From: Euryarchaeota archaeon UBA561
GTDB lineage: Archaea > Thermoplasmatota > Poseidoniia > Poseidoniales > Poseidoniaceae
Length of the DNA: 47,485 nucleotides
Assembly: GCA_002502295.1 (NCBI GenBank)
Contig: DANX01000014.1
Coordinates: forward strand, 1 to 47,485
Reading direction: 5' to 3'
In this document: piece by piece, positions 34,841-42,824 of the stretch
Position numbering within the stretch: the first letter of the stretch is position 1
How the letters are laid out: each line of letters starts with the position of its first letter
Program-made: the position numbers and the translations under genes
The notes under the pieces: model-generated
What the model saw: the letters and a program-made list of their open reading frames with translations, nothing else
Database searches by the model: none
Told to the model about the DNA's origin: nothing

Positions 34841-35335
34841 TCATATGTCAAACACAACATCTGCATACCAACCGGGCCCCTCGAATTCAGGAACATCCTC
34901 CCATTGGCTTGCCACCAGCTCTCCTTTGTTGACTTCAGCGACTACCAAATTGTGCGTGGTAACGGCTTTAATTTCAATTTCTCGCTCAACGAGTTCTGCG
35001 TCAACCCAACTTGCCTGGGCTACGACCATCCAACCATCATCATCGTGGACCACCTTCACCATCCCGTCGAGGTACCACTGTCCATGAACTTCAGCGCGGT
35101 AGAGCACTTCATCCAACCAGGCCAAGTAGAGAAAATGGACGTCGTTCGGATTGTGTTCTGACCGCACTCTCCACTCACCTGTGTGCCGTACATGTGTGTT
35201 GATGAGTTTGGCACTGGCTTCACTCATCAGGTAGGCTTGCACACCTAGAGCGGCTTCGGCAAACAACGATGGGAAATCCTTCGCAAATACCCGCATGCCA
35301 ATGTCAGCCGTTGTTGGCCACAACCAAGCACTCAT
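34841..35335 (-). CDS. Archease (RtcB tRNA-ligase activator/chaperone family)
   Basis: 'PTTADIGMRVFAKDFPSLFAEAALG' corresponds to the 'HTADIG.rayG....LF..AA' signature. 'IEIKAVTTHNLVV' corresponds to 'VKAVTYH', and the protein ends in 'VVFDI'. Confidence 0.85.
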   Translation of the reverse strand: MSAWLWPTTADIGMRVFAKDFPSLFAEAALGVQAYLMSEASAKLINTHVRHTGEWRVRSEHNPNDVHFLYLAWLDEVLYRAEVHGQWYLDGMVKVVHDDDGWMVVAQASWVDAELVEREIEIKAVTTHNLVVAEVNKGELVASQWEDVPEFEGPGWYADVVFDI

Positions 35336-35344
35336 TTTTCCACC

Positions 35345-36406
35345 TCATCGCTTGGAGACTTGTAAATTCCATACGTGCTCTCCGACTCGGTGGATAAGAT
35401 CGTCTTTGCTCAACACAAATGAGTCGGTTCGTTCAGCACCGAGGATGCATTCGCATGCAGCGTTCGCCAAAAGTGCCGTGGCGTGAACATCAAGGCCCCT
35501 TGAGAGAGAGAAGGCAATGGCTACGGCCGCAGCATCAATCAATCCAATCATTTGCCGCAAATCAACCAGTCCACATGGGGCGTGGACGGTTTCTTCATCC
35601 GCTGAATAAATGGTGACACCGGCTTCACCGGCGAGCACAACGAGGTGGTTCCAGTTGTACTGAGCGAGGAGTTTCTCGGCGGCTTCGGCTCCGGTTGAAG
35701 CACCTAAGCGCCGTCGCATTAATTCCAATCCCTGCGACTGAAAGAGGGTCCAATCAACACCCTCGGTGCGATGGAGGCCAGTGAGTTTAGGATCGGCAAT
35801 GACCGGAATTGACAGTTCCTTCGCTGCCTCAAACAGGCGGTCTGCACCTTGGTCGGTGATGACACCTTGCCCGTAATCCGAAGCAATCAGGGCCGAGGCT
35901 CCCTTGAGATCCTCAATGGCTTGTTCGTACAGGGCATGGGATGCTTCACTTGGTACTGGATCGTCCTCTTCAATGTCCCACCTGAGAAGTAACTGTTCGT
36001 CTCGGATGAGGCTCTCCCGGGACGCCAGCATCCTGGTCTTTACAGTGGTGGTGCGGTCTTCCACGATGGCTATTCCGTGGGTGGTTACACCTTCGAGTTC
36101 AAGCGATTCAATGATGCTCAATCCAGCTGTATCATCTCCAACAACCCCAAAAAGATGGCTGTCAAGTCCCATGGAACGCAAGCCTCTCGCTACGTGAGCC
36201 GCTGCACCTACGTCTTCTTCTCTGGAGGTTTCCCTAAGCACCGGGACGGGTGCCCGAGAATTGAGGTTGTTCGCGTATCCGTGGATGTAGCAATCCATCA
36301 TCACGTCGCCGATCAACACGATTTTCCCCGAATCGTCGGAACGCAGTTGCCGCTTTAATTCGGATAACGTGTCGTGTAAATTTGCCTCTTCATCCGTCAT
36401 TCCCAT
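35345..36406 (-). CDS. PfkB-family carbohydrate kinase (RfaE/HldE domain I-like, heptose-7-phosphate kinase-like)
   Basis: 'KIVLIGDVMMDCYIHGYANNLNSRAPVPVLRE' matches the HldE kinase-domain N-terminus. 'AAAVAIAFSLSRG' and 'ANAACECILGAERT' form the PfkB C-terminal motif. There is no adenylyltransferase domain. Confidence 0.75.
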   Translation of the reverse strand: MGMTDEEANLHDTLSELKRQLRSDDSGKIVLIGDVMMDCYIHGYANNLNSRAPVPVLRETSREEDVGAAAHVARGLRSMGLDSHLFGVVGDDTAGLSIIESLELEGVTTHGIAIVEDRTTTVKTRMLASRESLIRDEQLLLRWDIEEDDPVPSEASHALYEQAIEDLKGASALIASDYGQGVITDQGADRLFEAAKELSIPVIADPKLTGLHRTEGVDWTLFQSQGLELMRRRLGASTGAEAAEKLLAQYNWNHLVVLAGEAGVTIYSADEETVHAPCGLVDLRQMIGLIDAAAVAIAFSLSRGLDVHATALLANAACECILGAERTDSFVLSKDDLIHRVGEHVWNLQVSKR

Positions 36407-36410
36407 GTGT

Positions 36411-37373
36411 TCACCTCACGCTGTCGCCCACAACTTCACGCATGATTCGTTCATGCTCAACATCAGAAATTTCAAGTTTTAGTTGCAAGGTCTTCAAGAT
36501 AGCGTGCTCGTCGGCCGTGATCACATTGTCTTTCAGGGCTGTTTTTACAGCAGCAGCGTATGTGTGATAGTGTTCTGAGATTACGGGTGTTTGTCTCGCT
36601 CGCTCAAGGAGGTTTTGATGCGTGAGTTGGTCAATCCCGAAGTGAACACGGAACGTATCCAACAAGTCAATTTCATCTTGGAGTATTTCTCCGTCGTCAA
36701 GCGCTTGGAGAATCATGTCGTAATAGACTTCTTCGGGTGGTGGGATTTTGAGGGATTGGCGAGCTTCATTGGACAGGCGACGAACGCGCTCAGGATGCAT
36801 ACCAAGGAATCCCACAACTTCGTTGAGCAGCGATTGTTCATCCCGTGTGATTTTTCCATCTTCCCAAGCACGAGCAAACATCCGACGGACCAATTCTTCT
36901 CCGTACTGTGCATCAATCGAGGCAATACCTTCAGGATTCGAAACCGGTGATACCAGTGCTTGTTCGTGGTATGTCATCCCTTCATCCAGATGCGACAGCA
37001 ATTCGAGAATGGGTGTCGTCCGCGACCATAACGTCTCAAGACGGACACTGGCGTCCCCGTGGCGTACGATTTTATCCAGTATACGCTGAGACAGGGCGTC
37101 AGCTTGTTGCCGTCCCGTTTCGGTGAGTGTATACACGCGTTTCCGTTGTTTGCCACCAGGAATATGGCGTTGAGCAACGTTCAACAATCCGTTTTTTTCC
37201 ATCCTTTTCAGCGTTCGTGGAATGTGCTTTCGCTGGACGTGTACGGCAGCCGATATCCCTGCCTGTGTCAGGGTAGCCGGCGCTTCCCAACCACCACTGG
37301 GCAATTGTTGGTTAATGAGATGCAACAAAGACCGTTCTTCCGTGGTCAGGGTGCCCAAGTAACCGTCCACCAT
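36411..37373 (-). CDS. Winged-helix DNA-binding protein fused to three TerB-like helical repeats
   Basis: The N-terminal wHTH is 'LTQAGISAAVHVQRKHIPRTLKRMEKNGLL...KRVYTLTETG'. The C-terminus has three copies of 'D(G/N)xI(T/L)xDExxLLxxL' ('DGKITRDEQSLLNEV', 'DGEILQDEIDLLDTF', 'DNVITADEHAILKTL'). Confidence 0.55.
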   Translation of the reverse strand: MVDGYLGTLTTEERSLLHLINQQLPSGGWEAPATLTQAGISAAVHVQRKHIPRTLKRMEKNGLLNVAQRHIPGGKQRKRVYTLTETGRQQADALSQRILDKIVRHGDASVRLETLWSRTTPILELLSHLDEGMTYHEQALVSPVSNPEGIASIDAQYGEELVRRMFARAWEDGKITRDEQSLLNEVVGFLGMHPERVRRLSNEARQSLKIPPPEEVYYDMILQALDDGEILQDEIDLLDTFRVHFGIDQLTHQNLLERARQTPVISEHYHTYAAAVKTALKDNVITADEHAILKTLQLKLEISDVEHERIMREVVGDSVR

Positions 37374-37464
37374 AGCAGTCCCTCATGCGTTGGTTAAGGC
37401 GGTAGCACATAGGACAATCGGTGCCAAGCGACGGAATCAAAAACATGGCGATGGTGGCAGAGAC

Positions 37465-38550
37465 ATGAGTGGACGTGAACGTACATACCGTCCTCGGGCC
37501 CGTACGACACGTCCTCTTGGAGAACCTCGTTCAGCCAACGCCCCACCCTCTCAACCCCTTTCTCCACCTGAAAAGCGAGGCGGTGGGTGGCTCATACCAG
37601 ACCCGCTTGCCCAGCGACTTCATCAGAAAAGTGGTCTCGGAAAACGGACGAAAGATGGCATTCTCTTGACCGCTGAAGAAGTTCTCTTCTGCCATTGGTA
37701 CCGTCATGTGCCGCTGCCAAGCGACGATGAGTGGTTTCGTTCTCAACTCCATCAGGATGGAACACTCTTACGGCGTATTATTGCCATGGATGTCCTTCGA
37801 AATGGAGGAGAACGAGTCGTACCCGTTGACCATCTCAATGAACGGTTTGAATCGTTTCCCAAGTTTACCTGGGCAGTACGGTGGGAACGTCATGAGTCAT
37901 GGATGTCTCATACTGGATTTAGTCAAGTCCGATTGCAACGTACCCATGACCCACTTGACTGGGATGAACTTGATGCGTGGGTCGATTCGGTTAACTCGCT
38001 TGGCCATGTTGCAGAATTATGCGTGATCGATGATGAGTTTGACACGACCGTTTACCATCTCTCGAGATGTCATCCAAATGGTTCACATGTCCGTTTTTCG
38101 GATTTGGACGAAGAGCAAAAAGAGACGATTAGAGCCTCATGCAATGCGGCTCAATCAATTGATGATGGTTTCTTCTTGAATTATCCATCCGATTGGCCTC
38201 TTCCCGCCATTGGTATACCTCATTTTTCCGGCCGCTATCTACGCAATGAAGAACACACATTCCTCAACGATGACGATGGTGAAGGGGCCAAGAACCTTTA
38301 CGGGGCGTTGATCGAGCAAGGCCTCCTGCTTCGACCCGGATTCAAATACGGTTGCCGTTGGCGGGCGTATGAAGATTCAATCGAAGCAGCCCACGCTCCT
38401 TGGCTGATACAACCGCTTGCGGAGGCTCCTGCAAATTGGGAGGAAGTGTGCTTAGCTGTACGTCTTGCAGAAGGCGTTAACAAACGCTGGGTCTGCGCAC
38501 GTTTCACCAAGGGCGCCTCGTCATTCTTGAACATCAAGCGCGTTGGCTGA
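37465..38550 (+). CDS. endA: tRNA-splicing endonuclease, duplicated (two-unit) type with a basic/Pro-rich N-terminal extension
   Basis: The C-terminal catalytic unit is 'GLLLRPGFKYGCRWRAYEDSIEAAHAPWLIQP...VRLAEGVNKRWV' (Tyr/His/Lys pattern). The N-terminal unit contains 'LTAEEVLFC' and 'AMDVLRNGGERVVP'. I prefer the ATG at 37465 to the TTG at 37390, which would leave only 16 nt for two divergent promoters. Confidence 0.7.
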   Translation: MSGRERTYRPRARTTRPLGEPRSANAPPSQPLSPPEKRGGGWLIPDPLAQRLHQKSGLGKRTKDGILLTAEEVLFCHWYRHVPLPSDDEWFRSQLHQDGTLLRRIIAMDVLRNGGERVVPVDHLNERFESFPKFTWAVRWERHESWMSHTGFSQVRLQRTHDPLDWDELDAWVDSVNSLGHVAELCVIDDEFDTTVYHLSRCHPNGSHVRFSDLDEEQKETIRASCNAAQSIDDGFFLNYPSDWPLPAIGIPHFSGRYLRNEEHTFLNDDDGEGAKNLYGALIEQGLLLRPGFKYGCRWRAYEDSIEAAHAPWLIQPLAEAPANWEEVCLAVRLAEGVNKRWVCARFTKGASSFLNIKRVG

Positions 38551-40620
38551 GGCTTTTTCGTCCAACGGCCGGCCCCATGGGTCGAGTTGGTCTTTGTTCG
38601 GCAACATGGTGGACTGATGTTCCTCAGATTTGCTTTTGACATCCGTCTTCTTGATCGCGCCTGTGAGGACGGACAATCCAAGGATGGACAGCATCAACCC
38701 GATAACTCGACCTGGACTCGTCCACGACGTCCACCATGCATCGGTGTTTGAGGTGGCTTCCAATTCGACATTAATGGTCCAAGCCATGCCATCATCGGTT
38801 GCGAGGACGACGGTTCCGTAAACGAGCATGTTTTCTTGCAGTAGGTTCTTCGGATCAATGGCCAATTCATAGGATGCATCCTCCGCAACGACCAACGAGG
38901 AATCCCCATTCGCCACTCGCGCCAGCGGTCCATCAACCGATACGGTGAACCGCTGGTTGTCATCGCCATAGGAAGCAATTGGGATCTTCAAGACTGTAGT
39001 TGCTGTTGGATGAATGGTTCCCTCAAACATCGATGTAAGCGGGATTCGATTGAGAACATGCACGGGGTGTCTGAGGTCTATGGAGCTCTCGTCGCAGGTG
39101 ATTGTCCCCTCAATGTACGCCGTTGAAGGACCGTTCGCTTCGGTTGAAAAACTGAGTTGGTGCCCCCCCTGGGTACGGACTAAATTCACGGCACGCCCAT
39201 CGGATGATGTTAGTTCGCTTGTGCACGGATCTGTGTTCCCGATGATTTCCACACCGACGGATTCTGATGAAAGGACCGTGGTTCCATGGTTGCTTAAATC
39301 GATTCTAAACGCCGGGTTGCATGAAGGTGCCGTGAAGGAGATGGTAAGGTTCTCCTCTCCTGAAACCGTGGCTATCCACGGTACTAAGACACCATCGTGT
39401 GTCCTAATTTTTACGCCATCGGCACCAAACGAGGTATTGTTGAGAAAGAGGTCACTGGCTTCGCCTTGGTTTGAACCTCGAACCAAATCATCACCCTCAT
39501 CAGCTTCAACCACCTTAAGCCACGGCTGGTTGGGATTTGTGTTGACTTCGTTTCTCTCAAAATCTCCGACGCTCAAATCTTGGTAGGAAACCAGAATTCC
39601 AGCACCCGGTAACCTTGAATCGTAACCAGCGTCTGAGCGGTGTTCAATAAAGACCGATTCCGCGTCGGAAAGTGGTATTTTCAGCACTGCGCCCTCTTCT
39701 GTGACACCTCTGAGGGCGATTGTTGGTCCAATGCAGGGTTGAGCGGCATTTGCTGGCCAGGTGAGGTCAATGGTTTCAATCCGTTCAGCACGGATGAGTT
39801 CCATGTTGGCTCCTGTTGGCATGGCAGGCCAACGCCCGCCTCCGTTCCAGTTTCCACTGGCCATGATGTCCCAATCACCGGGTCCTTTCCACGATTGGAA
39901 CGCCACCTCGTCGTGAACCGGGTAGAGATCAATTGCTCCCATCTGGTGGAGCATCTCGTGAATGATTGTCCCTACACCGCTGCTTCCGGTTTGTAAACTC
40001 GCCATGGTGTAATGGGCAATACGCCGTTCGTCTGGAAGTTCGATCGGTTCTTCAAAATGCGTAAAATGCGACCATATTCGATCGCTGCTTCCGGGGTTTT
40101 CTTCCTGTCCTTTTGTCGTGTGCAACACCAGGAAGCGATCGATTGTACCATCTGCGTCCAGGTCAAACATCTCCCACGCTGCCTCGTCCTTAATGCTGTA
40201 AACGGCTTCTTCAGCGAGGGCCGAGGGGAGAAATGTCCCGTCAGCACCGGTGTCTTTTCCGTTTACATCTTCTCCATAGGATGCGACAGGGGAATCAGCA
40301 CGAACGACCGAATTGTGAACCGTGATGGTCAGGGTTGCCTCGCCCGCTGATAACTGCTCAATGTAGGGAACAACTGCTTGATTGAGCATGTCATTGGCTT
40401 CAGTCGTGCCCCAACCGTTGTTCGAGGTGTGTTCCTCAAAATCAACCACGACCACCAACCAATGTTCTTGATCTTGGAGCGGGAGTTGTTGATGGACTTC
40501 TTCACGTTCAGGTGTGATTTGTCCAACCAGCCATCCTTCTACTTCTGGTTCGTGGGTAAATGTCCAGGCTGCTGATGAAAGAAAAACGAGGGCCAAGAGT
40601 GCCGCCGCTACTTGCCTCAT
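38521..40620 (-). CDS. Secreted, C-terminally anchored zinc metalloprotease (M6/InhA-like HExxH...DLY)
   Basis: The signal peptide is 'MRQVAAALLALVFLSSAAW' (ATG at 40620). 'GTIIHEMLHQMGAIDLYP' matches the M6-type 'HExxHxxGxxDLY'. The C-terminal TM is 'VIGLMLSILGLSVLTGAI'. The 3' end overlaps the endA 3' end by 30 nt. Confidence 0.65.
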   Translation of the reverse strand: MRQVAAALLALVFLSSAAWTFTHEPEVEGWLVGQITPEREEVHQQLPLQDQEHWLVVVVDFEEHTSNNGWGTTEANDMLNQAVVPYIEQLSAGEATLTITVHNSVVRADSPVASYGEDVNGKDTGADGTFLPSALAEEAVYSIKDEAAWEMFDLDADGTIDRFLVLHTTKGQEENPGSSDRIWSHFTHFEEPIELPDERRIAHYTMASLQTGSSGVGTIIHEMLHQMGAIDLYPVHDEVAFQSWKGPGDWDIMASGNWNGGGRWPAMPTGANMELIRAERIETIDLTWPANAAQPCIGPTIALRGVTEEGAVLKIPLSDAESVFIEHRSDAGYDSRLPGAGILVSYQDLSVGDFERNEVNTNPNQPWLKVVEADEGDDLVRGSNQGEASDLFLNNTSFGADGVKIRTHDGVLVPWIATVSGEENLTISFTAPSCNPAFRIDLSNHGTTVLSSESVGVEIIGNTDPCTSELTSSDGRAVNLVRTQGGHQLSFSTEANGPSTAYIEGTITCDESSIDLRHPVHVLNRIPLTSMFEGTIHPTATTVLKIPIASYGDDNQRFTVSVDGPLARVANGDSSLVVAEDASYELAIDPKNLLQENMLVYGTVVLATDDGMAWTINVELEATSNTDAWWTSWTSPGRVIGLMLSILGLSVLTGAIKKTDVKSKSEEHQSTMLPNKDQLDPWGRPLDEKASANALDVQE

Positions 40621-40685
40621 GTTACCGTGTTTGTGCCTGCAGGTTTGAAGTTTCGTTGAAGATGCACACTGCGAAACAAAAAAAT

Positions 40686-41786
40686 TCAACCTTTGTTTTG
40701 ATGCTCGTTTGGCAAGATGGATACAAACGGGTGAAGAATGGATGTTCTGAGACTCAAATGGTCAGTTTCGTGCATGACGATGCCAAGGCGTTTAAAATTA
40801 TCAATCACAAAGGGTGGCAACGTGTTTGTCTCTCCATCAAGCACCATCACATCGGTTATCCGCTGATGTTGAATGAACACGATGGCCTTTTCTCGGTCCG
40901 ATTGCTGTTCATGCCAATTTTGAACCGTGAGGAGCGAGAAACCGGCTTTCGTGGCGTCTTCGGGTTGAATGCTGTTATGGTGTCCATGAACTTGAACCAC
41001 CGCCAAACGTCTTCGTTGGCCATCAACATCGAACCAATCGGTGACACGACCTGAAACGAGGCTCGGTTGCGATAGCCAAGGCTGAGCAAACACTTCGTTG
41101 CTGGCCAATGCAAAGACTACCAATGGGATGGACAGCGCCTGCGCTTGTTCTGGCACCGTGAGAAGTATGAGGACTGCGGTAATTCCATACACACGAATTC
41201 GCCACCAGTCTCCGGTTGTTTCTGTGAGTAGGCCCAATTGTCCAGCGGTAAACATCACCAACCAACTCGCGAGTATGAGTCCAAAAATCCACGTGAGGTA
41301 GGTGGCGATGCTCAGCATTTCAACGGCGCTGTACTGGGCTGATAGCCCCACAGAGCGATGGTGTTCGTGTCCAATTTCGAAAAGCCATGGAAGAACGGCC
41401 GTGGTCATCAGCATAAACGAGATCAGCAAGAGCACGGTTCCAGTCCAAGTGCATCGTTTGAGTGCTTTGTATTCATGGATGGTCAAACCCGGTTTAGCAA
41501 ATCGATGAAGGTGGTGCAAGACCAATGGAAGGGCCGATAGCGCACCGAGGTACAAAGCAGCCAACCAGCGCACAGCACTCCATTGAGCTGGATCGTAAAC
41601 GTTCAGACATTCTCCTTCGCAGGGATGAAGTACGGCGAGGAAATTCCGAAGAAGTTCATCGACAGAAAACGACCATATGACCGTAAGTGAGGCGACGGTG
41701 ATGAACACCACCATCGCCCGCTTAGACAATTCATCAAGGTGTGACTGTACGGCTGCATCCCTATCGGATTCAAGCAAAATTGTCAT
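40686..41786 (-). CDS. tatC: TatC-like membrane protein with a ~130-aa C-terminal soluble extension
   Basis: 'SHLDELSKRAMVVFITVASLTVIW' matches the TatC 'HLxELRxRL' N-terminus. 'HRFAKPGLTIHEYK' matches 'FxxPGLxxxE'. Six hydrophobic segments and 'LLTVPEQ' match 'TPPD'. At 366 aa it is longer than the ~250 aa typical of TatC. Confidence 0.55.
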   Translation of the reverse strand: MTILLESDRDAAVQSHLDELSKRAMVVFITVASLTVIWSFSVDELLRNFLAVLHPCEGECLNVYDPAQWSAVRWLAALYLGALSALPLVLHHLHRFAKPGLTIHEYKALKRCTWTGTVLLLISFMLMTTAVLPWLFEIGHEHHRSVGLSAQYSAVEMLSIATYLTWIFGLILASWLVMFTAGQLGLLTETTGDWWRIRVYGITAVLILLTVPEQAQALSIPLVVFALASNEVFAQPWLSQPSLVSGRVTDWFDVDGQRRRLAVVQVHGHHNSIQPEDATKAGFSLLTVQNWHEQQSDREKAIVFIQHQRITDVMVLDGETNTLPPFVIDNFKRLGIVMHETDHLSLRTSILHPFVSILPNEHQNKG

Positions 41787-41795
41787 GATGCGCCC

Positions 41796-42752
41796 TCAAA
41801 CGAGATCGGTGTAATCCTTGGGTGCGCGTGCCTGGACAATGGTTCTGTAGACACCAAATATTGCCCACAGGGTGAGCATTCCCGCAACCAGGGCATAACC
41901 CCATGGTTGGTCGCTGTCGACGAGGTAGGCGAACAAGATGGCCAAGCCAGAGGCCAGCACACCTCTGCGAAGTCCCTGAGGCACAGCGAGGCTCTTATCG
42001 AGGTGTGTGGGCCCTCCTCCAAATCGGCGTTCGTAGAATTCACCTTGAATGACGGCTGCAACGATGATCATTGAAAGTGTGGTCCAGTAGTAGAGGTTTC
42101 CATTGGTGAAGAAGTTGTGCGCAATCCCTTCCTGACGCTCTGCTTCGATGGCCTCTGGATCTTCTTCTGCGACAAAGAGAGAATCATAATCGCCAACGCT
42201 GATGGTTCGAAGGGAAACGTCCTCGTTGGTGGCGACTTCTGTATCGCCAGGTTCGTTGATGGTAAAGGCTAGAATGTTCCACTTGTCGCCTTCGTCAAAG
42301 TTTCCGTTTCCGTTAACCGCATTGCCAACCAACTGGAAGTTGGCTGGTCCCATGTCTTCATCAGGCGCCGTCCAGGTCACAACCCAGTCGTTTCCAGGTT
42401 CAGCTTGCGAGAGAGCACCAGGCTTGTCAGGGACGCTTTGGCTTCCTTCGCCGGGAGTGAGCGTGCCGATATCACCGTCCCAGAACAAGAATCCTCCTCC
42501 TGAATTGGAGGCGTGCTGCAGACTGATGACGAATTCGTAGGTTTCGCTTACGTTGTAAGCTCGCGGAACGCCAGAGACTGAAACAACGACTTCGGTGGAG
42601 GGTGCACCGCCGCCGTGGCATGTGCAACCTGTCTCGATGACGAGGTTTCCACCGTTGTCCCAGGGTGGTCCGTTTGGATTGCCCAAAACGGGGGCTACAA
42701 GCATGAGAGAGAGAACTATCATCAACGAAAAGTTACGAAACTTGCGTCGCAT
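41796..42752 (-). CDS. Twin-arginine-signal membrane protein with an extracytoplasmic Reeler/DOMON-like beta-sandwich domain and 3 C-terminal TM segments
   Basis: 'MRRKFRNFSLMIVLSLMLVAPVLG' gives an RRxF plus h-region. Reeler-like landmarks are 'YEFVISLQ...GGGFLFW', 'WVVTWTAPDED' and 'ANFQLVGNAVNGNG...DKWN'. The C-terminal TMs are 'TLSMIIVAAVIQ', 'VLASGLAILFAYLV' and 'YALVAGMLTLWAIFGVY'. The domain call is by eye. Confidence 0.45.
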   Translation of the reverse strand: MRRKFRNFSLMIVLSLMLVAPVLGNPNGPPWDNGGNLVIETGCTCHGGGAPSTEVVVSVSGVPRAYNVSETYEFVISLQHASNSGGGFLFWDGDIGTLTPGEGSQSVPDKPGALSQAEPGNDWVVTWTAPDEDMGPANFQLVGNAVNGNGNFDEGDKWNILAFTINEPGDTEVATNEDVSLRTISVGDYDSLFVAEEDPEAIEAERQEGIAHNFFTNGNLYYWTTLSMIIVAAVIQGEFYERRFGGGPTHLDKSLAVPQGLRRGVLASGLAILFAYLVDSDQPWGYALVAGMLTLWAIFGVYRTIVQARAPKDYTDLV

Positions 42753-42824
42753 GAACCCACCCTGCTTTTTCCACATGGCCCCGCTCTTTGAATGTTACTT
42801 CACCTTTGTTGGTGAGGGGCCGAT

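Noticed and set aside
34704-35161. Two + strand ORFs (127 and 132 aa) span the SRP RNA 3' half and run into archease antisense.
   Set aside because: The region is better explained by the SRP RNA (conserved helix 8) and by the archease gene on the minus strand.
42640-42660. The 'GCTCH' motif in the Reeler-like protein could be a c-type heme attachment site linked to the CcmE in this window.
   Set aside because: The spacing is CxCH, not the CxxCH (or a known longer variant) required for covalent heme attachment. A twin-arginine signal is also at odds with Ccm-type maturation, which acts on Sec-exported apoproteins. I keep it only as a possible metal or cofactor ligand within the Tat-trio finding.
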